NCBI GenBank assembly: GCA_013374855.1
Contig: CP055308.1
Span: 532,071 to 596,070 of the forward strand
Length of the DNA: 64,000 nt
From: Candidatus Woesebacteria bacterium
GTDB taxonomy: Bacteria; Patescibacteriota; Microgenomatia; UBA8517
Reading direction: 5' to 3'
A model generated the notes under the pieces. The model was given only the letters and a program-made list of their open reading frames with translations, was not told where the DNA came from and made no database searches. Both the position numbers and the translations under genes were made by a program. Shown here in pieces: positions 9,981-20,733 of this stretch (position 1 is its first letter; each line of letters starts with the position of its first letter).

Positions 9981-10901
9981 ATGAATAAAAAAGTTTTTGT
10001 TGTTGTGCTAAATTGGAATAGAGCGGACGACACTTTAGATTGTCTTTATTCTCTTTCTACTCTTATCTTGGATAATATTGATTTAACGGTAGTTGTTGTT
10101 GACAATGCTTCTGTTGATAATTCGGTTGAAAGAATAAAAAAAGCCAGTTTTCCTTTTAAACTTGTTATTTTGGAAAATTCTGAGAACCTTGGTTTTGCAG
10201 GAGGTAATAATGTTGGTATTGAATACTCGCTTAAAGAGGGAGCTGATTATGTGATGGTATTGAATAACGATACGATTGTAGACAAAAAACTTCTTGTCGG
10301 TCTTCTTCCATCTTTTTTTGATAGAAATAAAAAAGTTGGAGTTGTGTCGCCTAAGATTTATTTTTTAAAGGGTTTTGAATTTCATAGGGATAGGTATTCT
10401 GAAGAGGAACTTGGGAAAGTTATTTGGTATGCTGGTGGAAAAATTGACTGGGGTAATGTTTTTGGGAGCAATAGGGGAGTGGATGAAGTTGATAATGGCC
10501 AGTTTGATAAAGAGTCTGAAACCGATTTTGCTACTGGTTGCTGTAGTCTTTTTTCCGCTTTGGCTTTGAGAGAGGTTGGTTTTTATAACGAACGTTATTT
10601 TATGTATTTTGAAGATACTGATCTTTCTGTTCGTTTGAATAAAGCGGGGTATAAGGTCCTATTTAATCCTAGTGGATTAGTTTTCCACAAAGTTGCTCAG
10701 AGCTCTGGAATTGGAAGCGACCTAAATGATTACTTTATTACTAGAAACCGTTTTTTGTTTGGTATGAAATATGCTCCTCTAAGAAGTAAGTTTGCTTTAA
10801 TTAGAGAATCTTTTAGATTATTGGTTAATGGTAGAAAATGGCAAAAGATAGGGGTTGTTGATTTTTATAGAGGGAATTTTGGGAAAGGGTCTTGGATATG
10901 A
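9981..10901 (+). CDS. GT2 glycosyltransferase (rhamnosyltransferase-like)
   Basis: LNWN, VDNAS, NLGFAGGNN, LNND and YFEDTD motifs. Confidence 0.85.
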   Translation: MNKKVFVVVLNWNRADDTLDCLYSLSTLILDNIDLTVVVVDNASVDNSVERIKKASFPFKLVILENSENLGFAGGNNVGIEYSLKEGADYVMVLNNDTIVDKKLLVGLLPSFFDRNKKVGVVSPKIYFLKGFEFHRDRYSEEELGKVIWYAGGKIDWGNVFGSNRGVDEVDNGQFDKESETDFATGCCSLFSALALREVGFYNERYFMYFEDTDLSVRLNKAGYKVLFNPSGLVFHKVAQSSGIGSDLNDYFITRNRFLFGMKYAPLRSKFALIRESFRLLVNGRKWQKIGVVDFYRGNFGKGSWI

Positions 10902-11665
10902 AAAAGAAGAATAATGCTAAGGTGGGTGTTGTGATTATAGCCAAGAATGAGGAAAAGAATATTGTTGGTTGTCTTGAGAGTGTTAGCTGGGCTGATGAGA
11001 TAGTTGTTGTTGATGGAGGTTCGATTGATAAAACGAAACAAATATCTAAAAAATTTGGTGCTTCTGTTTTTGATTTTTTGAGTAATGATTTTTCTGAAAG
11101 GAGGAATTTGGGTACGGAAAAAATTAAATCTTATTGGGTGTTGCATATCGATGCTGATGAAAGGGTGACTCCTAGTTTAAAAAAAGAACTTTTTGACATT
11201 ATCGAGAATGATGGCTATGGCAATACCCAATTTGCAATACCCCGAAGAAATTATGTTTTCGATAAAGAGATGAAACATTGTGGTTTGTGGCCGGATTATG
11301 TTGTTAGGTTTTTTAAGAAGGAAAGCTTTATTCGTTGGAGTGGTAGGTTGCATGAACAGCCCAATGTGATAGGTGATCTAGGGTACGCGAATAATTTTTT
11401 TGTTCACTTAAAACATGATAATCTTTTTGATATTGTTAAAAAAACTAATTCTTGGTCAAAAATAGAAGCGGAACTTATGTTTGATGCAAACCATCCACCA
11501 ATGAATGTTCCTCGGTTTCTAACAGCTGTTTTTCGTGAGTTCTGGTTGAGATTGGTTAGACAGAAGGCCTTTCTTGATGGTGTAGAAGGGGTAATTTATG
11601 GAATATATCAGGTTTATAGCCGATTTTTAAGTTACGCCAAGCTTTGGGAAATGCAATTAAAATGA
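10898..11665 (+). CDS. GT2 beta-glucosyltransferase-like
   Basis: IAKNEE, VDGGS, IDADERV, WPDY and LHEQP motifs; ATGA overlap with the upstream stop. Confidence 0.85.
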   Translation: MKKKNNAKVGVVIIAKNEEKNIVGCLESVSWADEIVVVDGGSIDKTKQISKKFGASVFDFLSNDFSERRNLGTEKIKSYWVLHIDADERVTPSLKKELFDIIENDGYGNTQFAIPRRNYVFDKEMKHCGLWPDYVVRFFKKESFIRWSGRLHEQPNVIGDLGYANNFFVHLKHDNLFDIVKKTNSWSKIEAELMFDANHPPMNVPRFLTAVFREFWLRLVRQKAFLDGVEGVIYGIYQVYSRFLSYAKLWEMQLK

Positions 11666-12702
11666 AAGCAGCATTGTTTGACCCCTATCTTGATACTTTA
11701 GGTGGAGGAGAGAGATATTTGGTGGGGGTGGCAAGAGTTTTGGAATCTTTGGGTTTTGATGTTTTTTTGGAGTGGAGTGATGAGGGTATTTTGGAAAAGC
11801 TTGAACAAAGGTTCGGAGTAAAACTTGATAGAACTTTTGTTTTAGGGAACATTAAAAGAGGTTTGGGTTTTGATTTTTGTTTCTGGTTTTCTGATGGCAG
11901 TGTTCCATTTCTTCTTGCAAAAAAAAACTTTCTTCATTTTCAGGTGCCTTTTAGAGAAGTAAATGGTAAAAGTGTCAAAAACAGAATCAAGTTTTTGAGT
12001 ATAGATAAGATTATTGTTAACTCTCTTTTTACAAAGAGGGTGATAGACGAAGAATTTAGTGTTTCGAGTGATGTAGTTTATCCGCCGGTTGATGTTGATA
12101 GTTTTTTCAATAAAAGTACTAAAAAGGAAAATGTTATTGTTTCTGTAGGCAGGTTTTCTCAATTAAAACAAGCGAAAAGTCAAGATGTTTTGGTTAAGGT
12201 CTTTAAGGATATGATTAAAAGAGGATTAATTAAGGATTGGAAACTGGTGCTTGCTGGAGGTACAGAAGTGGGGTCTTCTGCTTATATTGGAGAATTAAAG
12301 AAAGAGTCTTTAGGTTATCCTATAGAATTTCTAGAAAGTCCTCCTTTTGATAAATTGGTTGAGACTTATTTGAGATCCAAAATTTTTTGGTCTGCCAGTG
12401 GTTTTGGTGTGGATGAGAATAAAAGTCCCGATAAAGTAGAACATTTTGGAATAACTTTGGTTGAAGCTATGGCGTCGCGCGTTTTCCCAATTGCTTTTGC
12501 TGCAGGAGGGCATAAGGAAATAATAGAAAATGGAAAGAGTGGTTTTTTGTGGAAAGATGAAAGGGAACTGGTTGATCTTACACTCTTGGTGATAAATAAA
12601 AAATTATATCTTAAAAGGGAAGATAATTTGGTTAAAAGAAGTAAAATGTTTTCTTATGAAGCTTTTTCTGATAAAATGAAAAACTTGTTGTCTGTTGCCT
12701 AG
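11662..12702 (+). CDS. GT4 glycosyltransferase (ALG11-like)
   Basis: GGGERY, VVYPPV, SVGRF and EHFGITLVEAMA motifs. Confidence 0.85.
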   Translation: MKAALFDPYLDTLGGGERYLVGVARVLESLGFDVFLEWSDEGILEKLEQRFGVKLDRTFVLGNIKRGLGFDFCFWFSDGSVPFLLAKKNFLHFQVPFREVNGKSVKNRIKFLSIDKIIVNSLFTKRVIDEEFSVSSDVVYPPVDVDSFFNKSTKKENVIVSVGRFSQLKQAKSQDVLVKVFKDMIKRGLIKDWKLVLAGGTEVGSSAYIGELKKESLGYPIEFLESPPFDKLVETYLRSKIFWSASGFGVDENKSPDKVEHFGITLVEAMASRVFPIAFAAGGHKEIIENGKSGFLWKDERELVDLTLLVINKKLYLKREDNLVKRSKMFSYEAFSDKMKNLLSVA

Positions 12703-12713
12703 ACTTGTTTTTT

Positions 12714-13622
12714 ATGAATTTTATGAAGGATTTTTCTGTATCTGTTGTTATTACAAATTTTAATGGGCGGGAAATTTTGTCTCAAAATCTTCCTTCTGTT
12801 ATTGAGGCGAAGAAAGAACCTTTAAATAGGATAATTGAAATTATAGTGGTTGATGATGCCTCAAGGGATGACAGCGTTTCCTTTTTGAGAAAAAGTTTTC
12901 CGGAAGTTAAGGTTATAGCACATCGTAAAAATAGAGGTTTTTCAGCAACTGCGAATACTGGTATAAGAGCAGCAAAAGGCAATTTGGTTTGTATTCTTAA
13001 TAATGATGTTTTTGTAACAAAGGATTTTCTCAAAGAAGTGTTTGATATTTTTGCCGAAAATCCAAGTTGTTTTGGTGTTTCCTTAAGTGAGAGAGGCTAT
13101 GGACCAGCAGTTGGCTTTTTTGAAAATGGTTTTGTAAATCATTCTCCAAAGAAGAAAACGAAAAGTATTTCTAAAACCTTTTGGGTGAATGGTGGTAGTG
13201 GTATTTTTAGGAGAGATTTATTGATTAAGGTTGGTTCGTTTGATGAGGAGCTTTTTTCGCCATTTTACTGGGAGGATGTCGACCTGTCTTACAGAGCTTT
13301 AAAAAGAGGTTTTGAAATTTTTTGGCATCCCAATGCCAAAGTTATTCATGAACACGAGACAACAATAGGTAAAATAAATAAGAGGTACAGAAACAGAATC
13401 CAAGAGAGGAATCAGCTTCTTTTCATTTGGAAAAATATCACAAGCAATCGTTTGTTTATCAGGCATCTGATGGGTCTTTTAGATAGAATAATAAGGCACC
13501 CGGGTTATTTGATAGTATTTTTTATGGCTTTATCTAAAATTAAAAAGGTTTTTAAAGCTCGTCGCAGGGAGAAAAAAGAAGGTGTTGTGGCAGATGAGTT
13601 TATATTCTCTAGCTTTAATTAA
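12714..13622 (+). CDS. GT2 glycosyltransferase
   Basis: VDDASRD, NRGFS, LNND and YWEDVD motifs. Confidence 0.85.
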   Translation: MNFMKDFSVSVVITNFNGREILSQNLPSVIEAKKEPLNRIIEIIVVDDASRDDSVSFLRKSFPEVKVIAHRKNRGFSATANTGIRAAKGNLVCILNNDVFVTKDFLKEVFDIFAENPSCFGVSLSERGYGPAVGFFENGFVNHSPKKKTKSISKTFWVNGGSGIFRRDLLIKVGSFDEELFSPFYWEDVDLSYRALKRGFEIFWHPNAKVIHEHETTIGKINKRYRNRIQERNQLLFIWKNITSNRLFIRHLMGLLDRIIRHPGYLIVFFMALSKIKKVFKARRREKKEGVVADEFIFSSFN

Positions 13623-13625
13623 ATA

Positions 13626-16124
13626 GTGAAAAAGAAACCTTTAGTCTCTCTAGTAATATTAAATTATAATACACGCGAGCTTACTTTGAATCTTATTGAT
13701 TCTATTGAAAAAAGTAGTGATTTTGAGATTATCCTGGTTGACAATAATTCTACAGATGGTTCTTGGGAAAGTTTTAGAGAACTCAAAATTCCAAACTTGG
13801 TCCTTGTTCGTAATAAGGAAAATCTTGGTTTTTCAAAAGGTGTAAATGTTGGTATTAGGAAGGCAAGAGGTGAGTATATACTTCTTTTGAATTCGGATGT
13901 TAAAGTTAAAAAGGGATCAATTTTGGCGCTTGTTGATTTTGCTAAAAAAACTCCAGATGCGGGTGTCGTCGCTCCCAAGCTTATTTTAGGAAATGGCGAA
14001 GTTCAAAAGTCTGTTTTTCACTTTCCAACTATTTGGGGTGCGTTTAAGGAGTATATCTTAAAAATTAAAAATTCTTATGGGCCGTATTTGCCGAAATCTG
14101 AGAAACCACAAGCTGTTGATGTTGTTGTGGGTGCAGCTTTTCTTATCAAACGTGAAGTTTTGGAAAAAGTGGGACTTTTTGACGAGCGTTATTTTATGTA
14201 TTTTGAGGACATAGATTACTGTCGTCGTGTATGGAGAGCTGGTTATAAAGTTTATTACCTACCCGCAGTTTCTATGATCCATTATCATGGACAGAGTGTT
14301 AAAAAAATTGCAAGTCCAGAAAACCAATGGAAAATGCTTATTCCATCAAGCAAAATTTATTTTGGTGTTTTTAGACATTGGGCAATTTATTTCGTTACTA
14401 GGTTTGGAAGCTTAATCGACAAAGTTTTTCAGAATTCTCTTATTAGGATAGTTTTTATTTTAATCATTTTTATTTTTTTGACATTTCCTGTTGTAAGACC
14501 ACTTTTGCGAAAGGGATATTTTTATATGCAAGATGACCTTCAGGCTTTTAGATTGCATCAAATGGATAAATGTTTTAAAGATTTGCAATTTCCGTGTCGT
14601 TGGGTTCCAGATGCTGGCTATCAGTATGGTTATCCTCAATTTAATTTTTATCCTCCCTTCGTTTATTATCTGGGTGAATTAATTCATCTCTCAGGATTTC
14701 AATTTGTGGATGTGGTTAAGATATTATTTATTCTTGGTTATGTTTTTTCTGCTCTGGCTATCTTTATTCTTATTCGTACACTGGTTGGTTTTTGGCCAGC
14801 TCTTGTGGGATCTGTTGTTTATACATACGCTCCATATAAAGCAGTTGAGGTTTATGTAAGAGGTGCGTTAAGTGAATTTTGGTCTTTTGTTTTTTTTCCT
14901 CTTATATTTTGGTCTTCTTACCTCTTAATAAAGACTGATAAAAGGAAATATCTAATTTTTCTTTCTTTATTTTTAGCTTTTTTGTTAACCACTCATGTTT
15001 TAATGTCTATGGCATTTATTGTTCCTTTTGCTTTATGGGTTGTTTTTTGGTTAATTAAAGAGAGAAAGTTTAAGACATCTGTAGTTTTGAACCTTTTCTT
15101 TTCTTTTTTCTTGGCTTTTTGTCTTTCTGCTTTCTTTGTTTTGCCTCTTTTTTTTGAAAGAAAGTTTGTTCATGTGGAGACGATGATAATGGGTTATTTT
15201 GACTATCGAAAGCATTTTCTGGGGATCTATAAGTTGATTTTTGATAGGGATTGGGGTTATGGTTCTTCTGGTTTTCCTGATGAGAAATTAAATCTTTCTT
15301 TGGGGGTAGTTCAATTTTTGTCTTCTGTTTTGATTTTCCTTTATTCTTCTTTTATTTTGTTAAAGTTTAAAAGCGGAAGGGTTAAAAAGCTTTCGCTTCT
15401 TGTTGTTTTTTTGTTTTTTCTATCTTTGGCTAATCTTTTTATAATTCATCCCCGTTCTGTTTTTATTTGGGAAAGATTTCCACTTTTGCATTGGTTTCAG
15501 TTTCCGTGGAGATTTATGACAATAGTTCTTTTTTTAACTTCTGTCTTAATCGGAGTTGGCTTAGTTTTATTTCGTGGAAGAGCCGCGTTTTTAATTGGTT
15601 TTTCAATTTCTGTTTTGGCAATAGTTTTAAATTTAGCTTACTTTAGTCCTAGGGATTGGTATTACGATGTTGATGATAGTACTAAGTTTTCTGGGGAACT
15701 TTGGGAGAAGCAGCTTACGATTAGTATTTTTGATTATTTACCAATTTACTCGGTTTTGCCTCCTTGGGAGAAAGCACCAGAGCTACCTGAAGTTATTGAA
15801 GGTAATGCTAGTTTTAGCTATTACACAAAAGGTAGTCATTATCAGATGGGACGAGTTGATGTTTTGACGAATAATGCTTTGTTGAGAATTCCTTTGTTTG
15901 ACTTTCCTGGTATGAATGTTTTTGTTGATGGGAAAAAGGTACCCCATGTAAATGATAATTGTGTGGGTCAGCGCTATTGTTTGGGGCTTGTTACTTTTTC
16001 TGTATCAAAAGGGAGTCATTTAGTTGAGATAAGATTGCAAGATACGCCGGTGAGAAAGATAGGTAATTATTTAACCTTAATTTCCTTTTGTGCGATAGTG
16101 TTTTTGCTTGTAAAGAAAAGATAA
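13626..16124 (+). CDS. Fusion of a cytoplasmic GT2 domain and a PTPS-related/YfhO-like GT-C domain
   Basis: aa 1-260 GT2 (VDNNS, LLNSD, YFEDID); remainder has MQDD, PCRWVPD.GY.YGYP, YVRGALSE and QFPWRF. Confidence 0.8.
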   Translation: MKKKPLVSLVILNYNTRELTLNLIDSIEKSSDFEIILVDNNSTDGSWESFRELKIPNLVLVRNKENLGFSKGVNVGIRKARGEYILLLNSDVKVKKGSILALVDFAKKTPDAGVVAPKLILGNGEVQKSVFHFPTIWGAFKEYILKIKNSYGPYLPKSEKPQAVDVVVGAAFLIKREVLEKVGLFDERYFMYFEDIDYCRRVWRAGYKVYYLPAVSMIHYHGQSVKKIASPENQWKMLIPSSKIYFGVFRHWAIYFVTRFGSLIDKVFQNSLIRIVFILIIFIFLTFPVVRPLLRKGYFYMQDDLQAFRLHQMDKCFKDLQFPCRWVPDAGYQYGYPQFNFYPPFVYYLGELIHLSGFQFVDVVKILFILGYVFSALAIFILIRTLVGFWPALVGSVVYTYAPYKAVEVYVRGALSEFWSFVFFPLIFWSSYLLIKTDKRKYLIFLSLFLAFLLTTHVLMSMAFIVPFALWVVFWLIKERKFKTSVVLNLFFSFFLAFCLSAFFVLPLFFERKFVHVETMIMGYFDYRKHFLGIYKLIFDRDWGYGSSGFPDEKLNLSLGVVQFLSSVLIFLYSSFILLKFKSGRVKKLSLLVVFLFFLSLANLFIIHPRSVFIWERFPLLHWFQFPWRFMTIVLFLTSVLIGVGLVLFRGRAAFLIGFSISVLAIVLNLAYFSPRDWYYDVDDSTKFSGELWEKQLTISIFDYLPIYSVLPPWEKAPELPEVIEGNASFSYYTKGSHYQMGRVDVLTNNALLRIPLFDFPGMNVFVDGKKVPHVNDNCVGQRYCLGLVTFSVSKGSHLVEIRLQDTPVRKIGNYLTLISFCAIVFLLVKKR

Positions 16125-17785
16125 TGAAAAGGATTTTTTTTTGGTTGTCTTTTCTACTATCTTTGGTTTTTGTTTCTTGGCCACTTTTTCGCAGTGGTTA
16201 TTTTACTCACCACGATAACATTCAGATAATTAGAATTTTTGAGATGAGAAGATGTATTTTGGATTTGCAGATTCCTTGCCGTTGGGTACCTGATATGGGA
16301 TATGGGTATGGATTCCCGCTTTTTAACTATTATGCTCCTTCTGTTTATTATTTGGGGGCTATTTTGAGCTTTGCCTTGGGTTATATAGGAGCGGCTAAAA
16401 TGCTTTTTTTCTTAAGTTTTGTTGTTGGTTTTTTGGGTATGTTTGTTTTTTCAAAGTTGTTTTTTGGCTTTTGGGGAGCTTTGGTATCTTCAGTTCTCTT
16501 TACCTATGCTCCATATCGTGCTTTGGATGTTTATGTAAGAGGTGCTCTTTCTGAAATTTTTGCTATTTCTGTTTTTCCACTAGTTCTTTATTATTCTTAT
16601 CAGTTGCTTCAGTTTGGCAGGAAAAGGCATTTTGTTGGATTGGTTATCTCTCTTTCTTTTTTTCTGATAACTCACAATGTGATGGTGATGCTTTTTTTGC
16701 CAGTTGCTGTTTTGTTTTTCATTTTGATGACCTTTTTGGTTGAGAAAAAAAGCCGTCTTATTTCTTTATTTGTTGGATTAGTATTGAGTTTTGGTTTATC
16801 TTCATTTTTTGTTTTACCTGCTTTTTTGGAAAAAAATCTAGTTCAGATCGAATCTATGATTCAAGATGAACTTAATTTTAGAGCTCATTTTGTCAAAGTT
16901 GGCCAGCTTTTTTGGATTAGGGATTGGTATTATGGTGCTTCCCAACCTCAGCAGAATGAAACTATATCATTTCAAGTGGGTTGGCCTCATTGGTGGTTGG
17001 TAGCTGTTTCAATTCCGTTTTTGTTGCGGGAGCTTTTGAAAAGAGGGACTAAGGTTAGTAAGACATTTTGGATTGCTCTCTTGGCGGTTTTTGTTTTTAT
17101 AGTATCTGTTTTTATGACGCATAATAAATCTGCTTTTATTTGGGAGAAAATGGCTCTTTTGAGTTTTGCTCAGTTTCCTTGGAGATTTTTATCTTTGGCT
17201 ATTTTTTCTTCCTCTTTAGTTGGTGGGTATTTATTAAGCTTAACAAGGGGAAATTTGCTAAAATTTGCCTTTGCTTTGATTGTTTTGCTTGCAATTGTCT
17301 TGAATTGGAGATACTTTAGACCTGAAAGGTTTTTGGATATTGATGACGTTAGTGTTTTAGGTGGTGCTTTCTGGGAAGAACAGCAGAAGGGTTCTGTTAG
17401 AGACTATCTCCCAAAGGGTGCAAAAATACCATCTTCTATTGCTCCAACGCGGTTTTCCATAGATACTTCCGATGTTGTTTTGTATGATTTTGACAAATCT
17501 ACGAAAAGTTGGAAATTTAGTGCCAAAGTAGATAAAGAATTGGAGATAGAAATTCCAGTTTTCGACTTTCCTTATTGGAGTGTAAGAATTGGCGATTCTT
17601 TGGTTAACTATAAAGTGGGAGAGAACGGCCTTATGAGGTTAAAGTTACCAAGAGGAGAGTATATTGTTCAGGGTGTTTTACAAGATACGACAATAAGAAG
17701 ATTTTCTAATTTTATATTTCTTTTTAGTTTGACAGCCTTTTTGTATTTATTGAAAAATGGGAAGAGTTTTAAAATTTTTAGATAA
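16124..17785 (+). CDS. PTPS-related/YfhO-like GT-C membrane protein
   Basis: HHDN, PCRWVPDMGYGYGFP, YVRGALSE and QFPWRF motifs; TAATG overlap start. Confidence 0.8.
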   Translation: MKRIFFWLSFLLSLVFVSWPLFRSGYFTHHDNIQIIRIFEMRRCILDLQIPCRWVPDMGYGYGFPLFNYYAPSVYYLGAILSFALGYIGAAKMLFFLSFVVGFLGMFVFSKLFFGFWGALVSSVLFTYAPYRALDVYVRGALSEIFAISVFPLVLYYSYQLLQFGRKRHFVGLVISLSFFLITHNVMVMLFLPVAVLFFILMTFLVEKKSRLISLFVGLVLSFGLSSFFVLPAFLEKNLVQIESMIQDELNFRAHFVKVGQLFWIRDWYYGASQPQQNETISFQVGWPHWWLVAVSIPFLLRELLKRGTKVSKTFWIALLAVFVFIVSVFMTHNKSAFIWEKMALLSFAQFPWRFLSLAIFSSSLVGGYLLSLTRGNLLKFAFALIVLLAIVLNWRYFRPERFLDIDDVSVLGGAFWEEQQKGSVRDYLPKGAKIPSSIAPTRFSIDTSDVVLYDFDKSTKSWKFSAKVDKELEIEIPVFDFPYWSVRIGDSLVNYKVGENGLMRLKLPRGEYIVQGVLQDTTIRRFSNFIFLFSLTAFLYLLKNGKSFKIFR

Positions 17786-19433
17786 AAATATCTGGTTATT
17801 GTTAATGTTACTTTCTTTGCCTTCTGTTTTTTCCCTTTTTGCAAGGAGAGGCTATTTTGGTGTTTCGGATGATATGCATGTAGCGTGGCTTTATGAAATG
17901 GTGAGAGTTTTGGAATCTGGTAAATTGCCTCCACGTTTTGTTCCCGATTTGAGTTTTGGTTTTGGTTATCCTCTTTTTAATTTTGTTTTTCCTTTGCCAT
18001 TTTATTTAGGTGCCTTGTTTTATTTTTTGGGTTTTAGTTTGGTGGATAGTACTAAGATAGTCTTGGCTATAAGTTTGCTTTTCTCGTCTTTGTTTATGTA
18101 CTTTCTCTTGAGGAAATTTGTAAACAAATATACTGCACTATTAGGTGGAGTGATTTATCTTTATGCACCATATAGGGCAACTGATGTATATGTAAGAGGT
18201 GCAATTGGGGAGTCGCTTGCTTTTGTTTTTCTTCCCCTTATAGTTCTATCTTTTGTAAATGTTTTGAATTTGGGAAGGAAAAAAAATGGTTTGAGGTGGA
18301 TTGGTTTGGGATCTTTGTTTATTGCAGGGTTGATTTTGTCTCACAATATAACAGCATATATGTTTTTGCCTTTTTTGATTGTTCTTCCTGTATTGTTTAA
18401 AAACAGAAAGAATATATTTTATTTGGTCTTATCTTTTTTGGGTGGTCTTTTTTTATCTTGTTATTTTTGGATTCCGGCTATTTTTGATAGTAAGTTAGTT
18501 AAATATGATACAGTTTTTTCCTATTTTGATCACTTTCCAACATTGAAACAGCTTGTTACTCCTCATTTTGGTTATGGAGCATCTGTTCCTGGTCCTTATG
18601 ATACTATGTCATTTTTTATTGGCGTTCCACAACTTGTGGTTTTATTTTTGGGTTTGTTTTTATTCTTGTTCAATTGTAGGGTATTCTTACAAAAGGAAAA
18701 AACTATTTTTCTCTGGGCACTGGTCTTGTTTTTTGTATCTCTTTTTATGATGAATTATCGATCTAGTTTTTTGTGGAGGATTATTCCTCTTTTAGGTTAT
18801 TTTCAATTTCCTTGGAGGTTCTTAACTTTGATTGTATTTTCTTCCTCTTTGTTTTTGATAGCGTTTGATAGGTTGAAAATTAATAAGTATGTTTTTTTGT
18901 ATTTGTCTTTTGTAATCTCCGCAGTCTCGTATTATGTTTATTTTAAACCAAGTGAATATTTGATGAGGGGTGATAGTTATTATATAAATCGCTATATCCC
19001 AGTACCCCAAGCAAGCTCTGAGTATAAAAAGATATCGGAGGAGTATTTAAGGTTACCTGTTTTAACTCAAAAAAGACCTGAAGATGTTTTGCCGGTTTTT
19101 TTTGGAAATGGTTTTCTTGTTGACAAGATTAATGATATTAATAATTTGGATATTAGAGCAAGAATATTTGTGACGGATAATAATGGGACGATAGTCAACT
19201 TTAGGAAGTATGATTTTCCTGGTTGGGTGGTTATGGTAGATGGAGAGAAGGTTAAACATTTTACTGGTACTCCTTATGGCCAAATTTCATTTTTTGTCTC
19301 TTCGGGTTATCATGATGTTAATATTGTTTTTAAGGAGACTACACGTAATATTTTGTTAAATTTTATATCTTTGTTTTCTTTATTGGTTATTTTTACTCTG
19401 GTTTTTAGAAAAGGGGATAAAGGTGGTTTTTAA
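17757..19433 (+). CDS. PTPS-related/YfhO-like GT-C membrane protein
   Basis: SDDMH, PRFVPDLSFGFGYP, YVRGAIGE and QFPWRF motifs. Confidence 0.8.
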   Translation: MGRVLKFLDKNIWLLLMLLSLPSVFSLFARRGYFGVSDDMHVAWLYEMVRVLESGKLPPRFVPDLSFGFGYPLFNFVFPLPFYLGALFYFLGFSLVDSTKIVLAISLLFSSLFMYFLLRKFVNKYTALLGGVIYLYAPYRATDVYVRGAIGESLAFVFLPLIVLSFVNVLNLGRKKNGLRWIGLGSLFIAGLILSHNITAYMFLPFLIVLPVLFKNRKNIFYLVLSFLGGLFLSCYFWIPAIFDSKLVKYDTVFSYFDHFPTLKQLVTPHFGYGASVPGPYDTMSFFIGVPQLVVLFLGLFLFLFNCRVFLQKEKTIFLWALVLFFVSLFMMNYRSSFLWRIIPLLGYFQFPWRFLTLIVFSSSLFLIAFDRLKINKYVFLYLSFVISAVSYYVYFKPSEYLMRGDSYYINRYIPVPQASSEYKKISEEYLRLPVLTQKRPEDVLPVFFGNGFLVDKINDINNLDIRARIFVTDNNGTIVNFRKYDFPGWVVMVDGEKVKHFTGTPYGQISFFVSSGYHDVNIVFKETTRNILLNFISLFSLLVIFTLVFRKGDKGGF

Positions 19434-19469
19434 TTGTGTGGAGATTGTTTTATAATCCTTTATATTAGA

Positions 19470-20729
19470 ATGAAAGGCAAACTTTTTTGGATTGTTTTAT
19501 TTTTGGGGATAATTGTTAGGTTTTTCCTTGCTTTTTCATCAATACATCCTGATTTGGTAGCTTTTTACACAGGAGGTCAGATTGTTTTTGATGGTCATTT
19601 TTGGGATCTTTATGATTACATAGAGAAATTACCTTTTGATAGCCCTTTGAGAAAGATTTATCCTGCCGATCTTTTTATTTATCCACCACTTGTTTATCTT
19701 TTTTTTGGTTATGTGGCAACAACTTTTTCTACTATTGTCCCTGTTTATGTTCGTGAGGCTTTGATTTACGATCTGCCTTCGGTGCTTGGTGATTTAAGGC
19801 TTAATCTTTTTCTATTGTTGTTTAAGGTTAGTTATTTGCCTTTTGATTTGGGAATAGCTTTTTTGTTTTTGCAAATTTTTAAGGATAAGCCAAAAAAAGG
19901 ATTTTCAGCTTTCGTTCTTTGGATTTTTAATCCTGTTAACTTGTATGTTACTTACATGATGGGGCAGTTTGATGTTTTACCAACCTTTTTTGTAGTTTTT
20001 GCTTTTTATCTCATTGTTTCTTTTTATAAAACAAAACCTCATTATCTTTATCTGGCTGGATTTTCTTTAGGTGTGGGAGCCTCATTAAAAATTTATCCTT
20101 TACTATTTATACCTCTCTTAATGTTTTTAGAGAAAAATTGGTTTAGGAGGTTGCTTTTGTTTTTTGTCTCTTTTGGTGTTTATCTTTTGTCTATATTTCC
20201 ATTTTTAGACTCTCCTGGATTCCGATCTTCGGCGCTTTTGGCAGGACATACGCTTAAAAGTTTTTATGCAACAATACCAATCTCTGGAGGGCAGTCGATA
20301 ATTATTTATCTATCTCTTTTGTTTTTTGTTTATTGGGTTTTTTACTTTAGGGGAGTAACTTTAAATAATTTGTGGAGTGGTTTTTTTATTATTTTATTGT
20401 TGTTTTTTGTTTTTACACATTACCACCCTCAGTGGTTTTTATGGATAATCCCCTTTTTAATTTTTGATTTGATTGATTCAGATGGAAAAAACTGGCCTTT
20501 GGTTTTATTATCGGTCTTTGTGTTTTTTGGTTTGGTATTGTTTTTTGACAGGAGTCTAAGTTTGGGTCTGTTTTCCCCTCTGTTTCCCTCTCTTTTTAGT
20601 GGACAATCAATCTGGGAACTTCTTGGAGTAAATTTGGAATTAAATTTGTGGAGAAGTGTCTTGCACTCATTGTTTGTGTCGGTAGCTCTCTTTTACTTTT
20701 ACATTCTCATTCCCAAAAATTGGAAGTAA
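19470..20729 (+). CDS. GT-C glycosyltransferase (GT87/PIG-M-like)
   Basis: HPD, FIYPPL, FNP, GQFD, K.YP and HPQW motifs. Confidence 0.7.
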   Translation: MKGKLFWIVLFLGIIVRFFLAFSSIHPDLVAFYTGGQIVFDGHFWDLYDYIEKLPFDSPLRKIYPADLFIYPPLVYLFFGYVATTFSTIVPVYVREALIYDLPSVLGDLRLNLFLLLFKVSYLPFDLGIAFLFLQIFKDKPKKGFSAFVLWIFNPVNLYVTYMMGQFDVLPTFFVVFAFYLIVSFYKTKPHYLYLAGFSLGVGASLKIYPLLFIPLLMFLEKNWFRRLLLFFVSFGVYLLSIFPFLDSPGFRSSALLAGHTLKSFYATIPISGGQSIIIYLSLLFFVYWVFYFRGVTLNNLWSGFFIILLLFFVFTHYHPQWFLWIIPFLIFDLIDSDGKNWPLVLLSVFVFFGLVLFFDRSLSLGLFSPLFPSLFSGQSIWELLGVNLELNLWRSVLHSLFVSVALFYFYILIPKNWK

Positions 20730-20733
20730 GTTT

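Noticed and set aside
20075-20090. gggagcctcattaaaa resembling the REP core
   Set aside because: Only a 9-bp match with no left arm; it encodes an ordinary GASLK segment of a GT-C protein.
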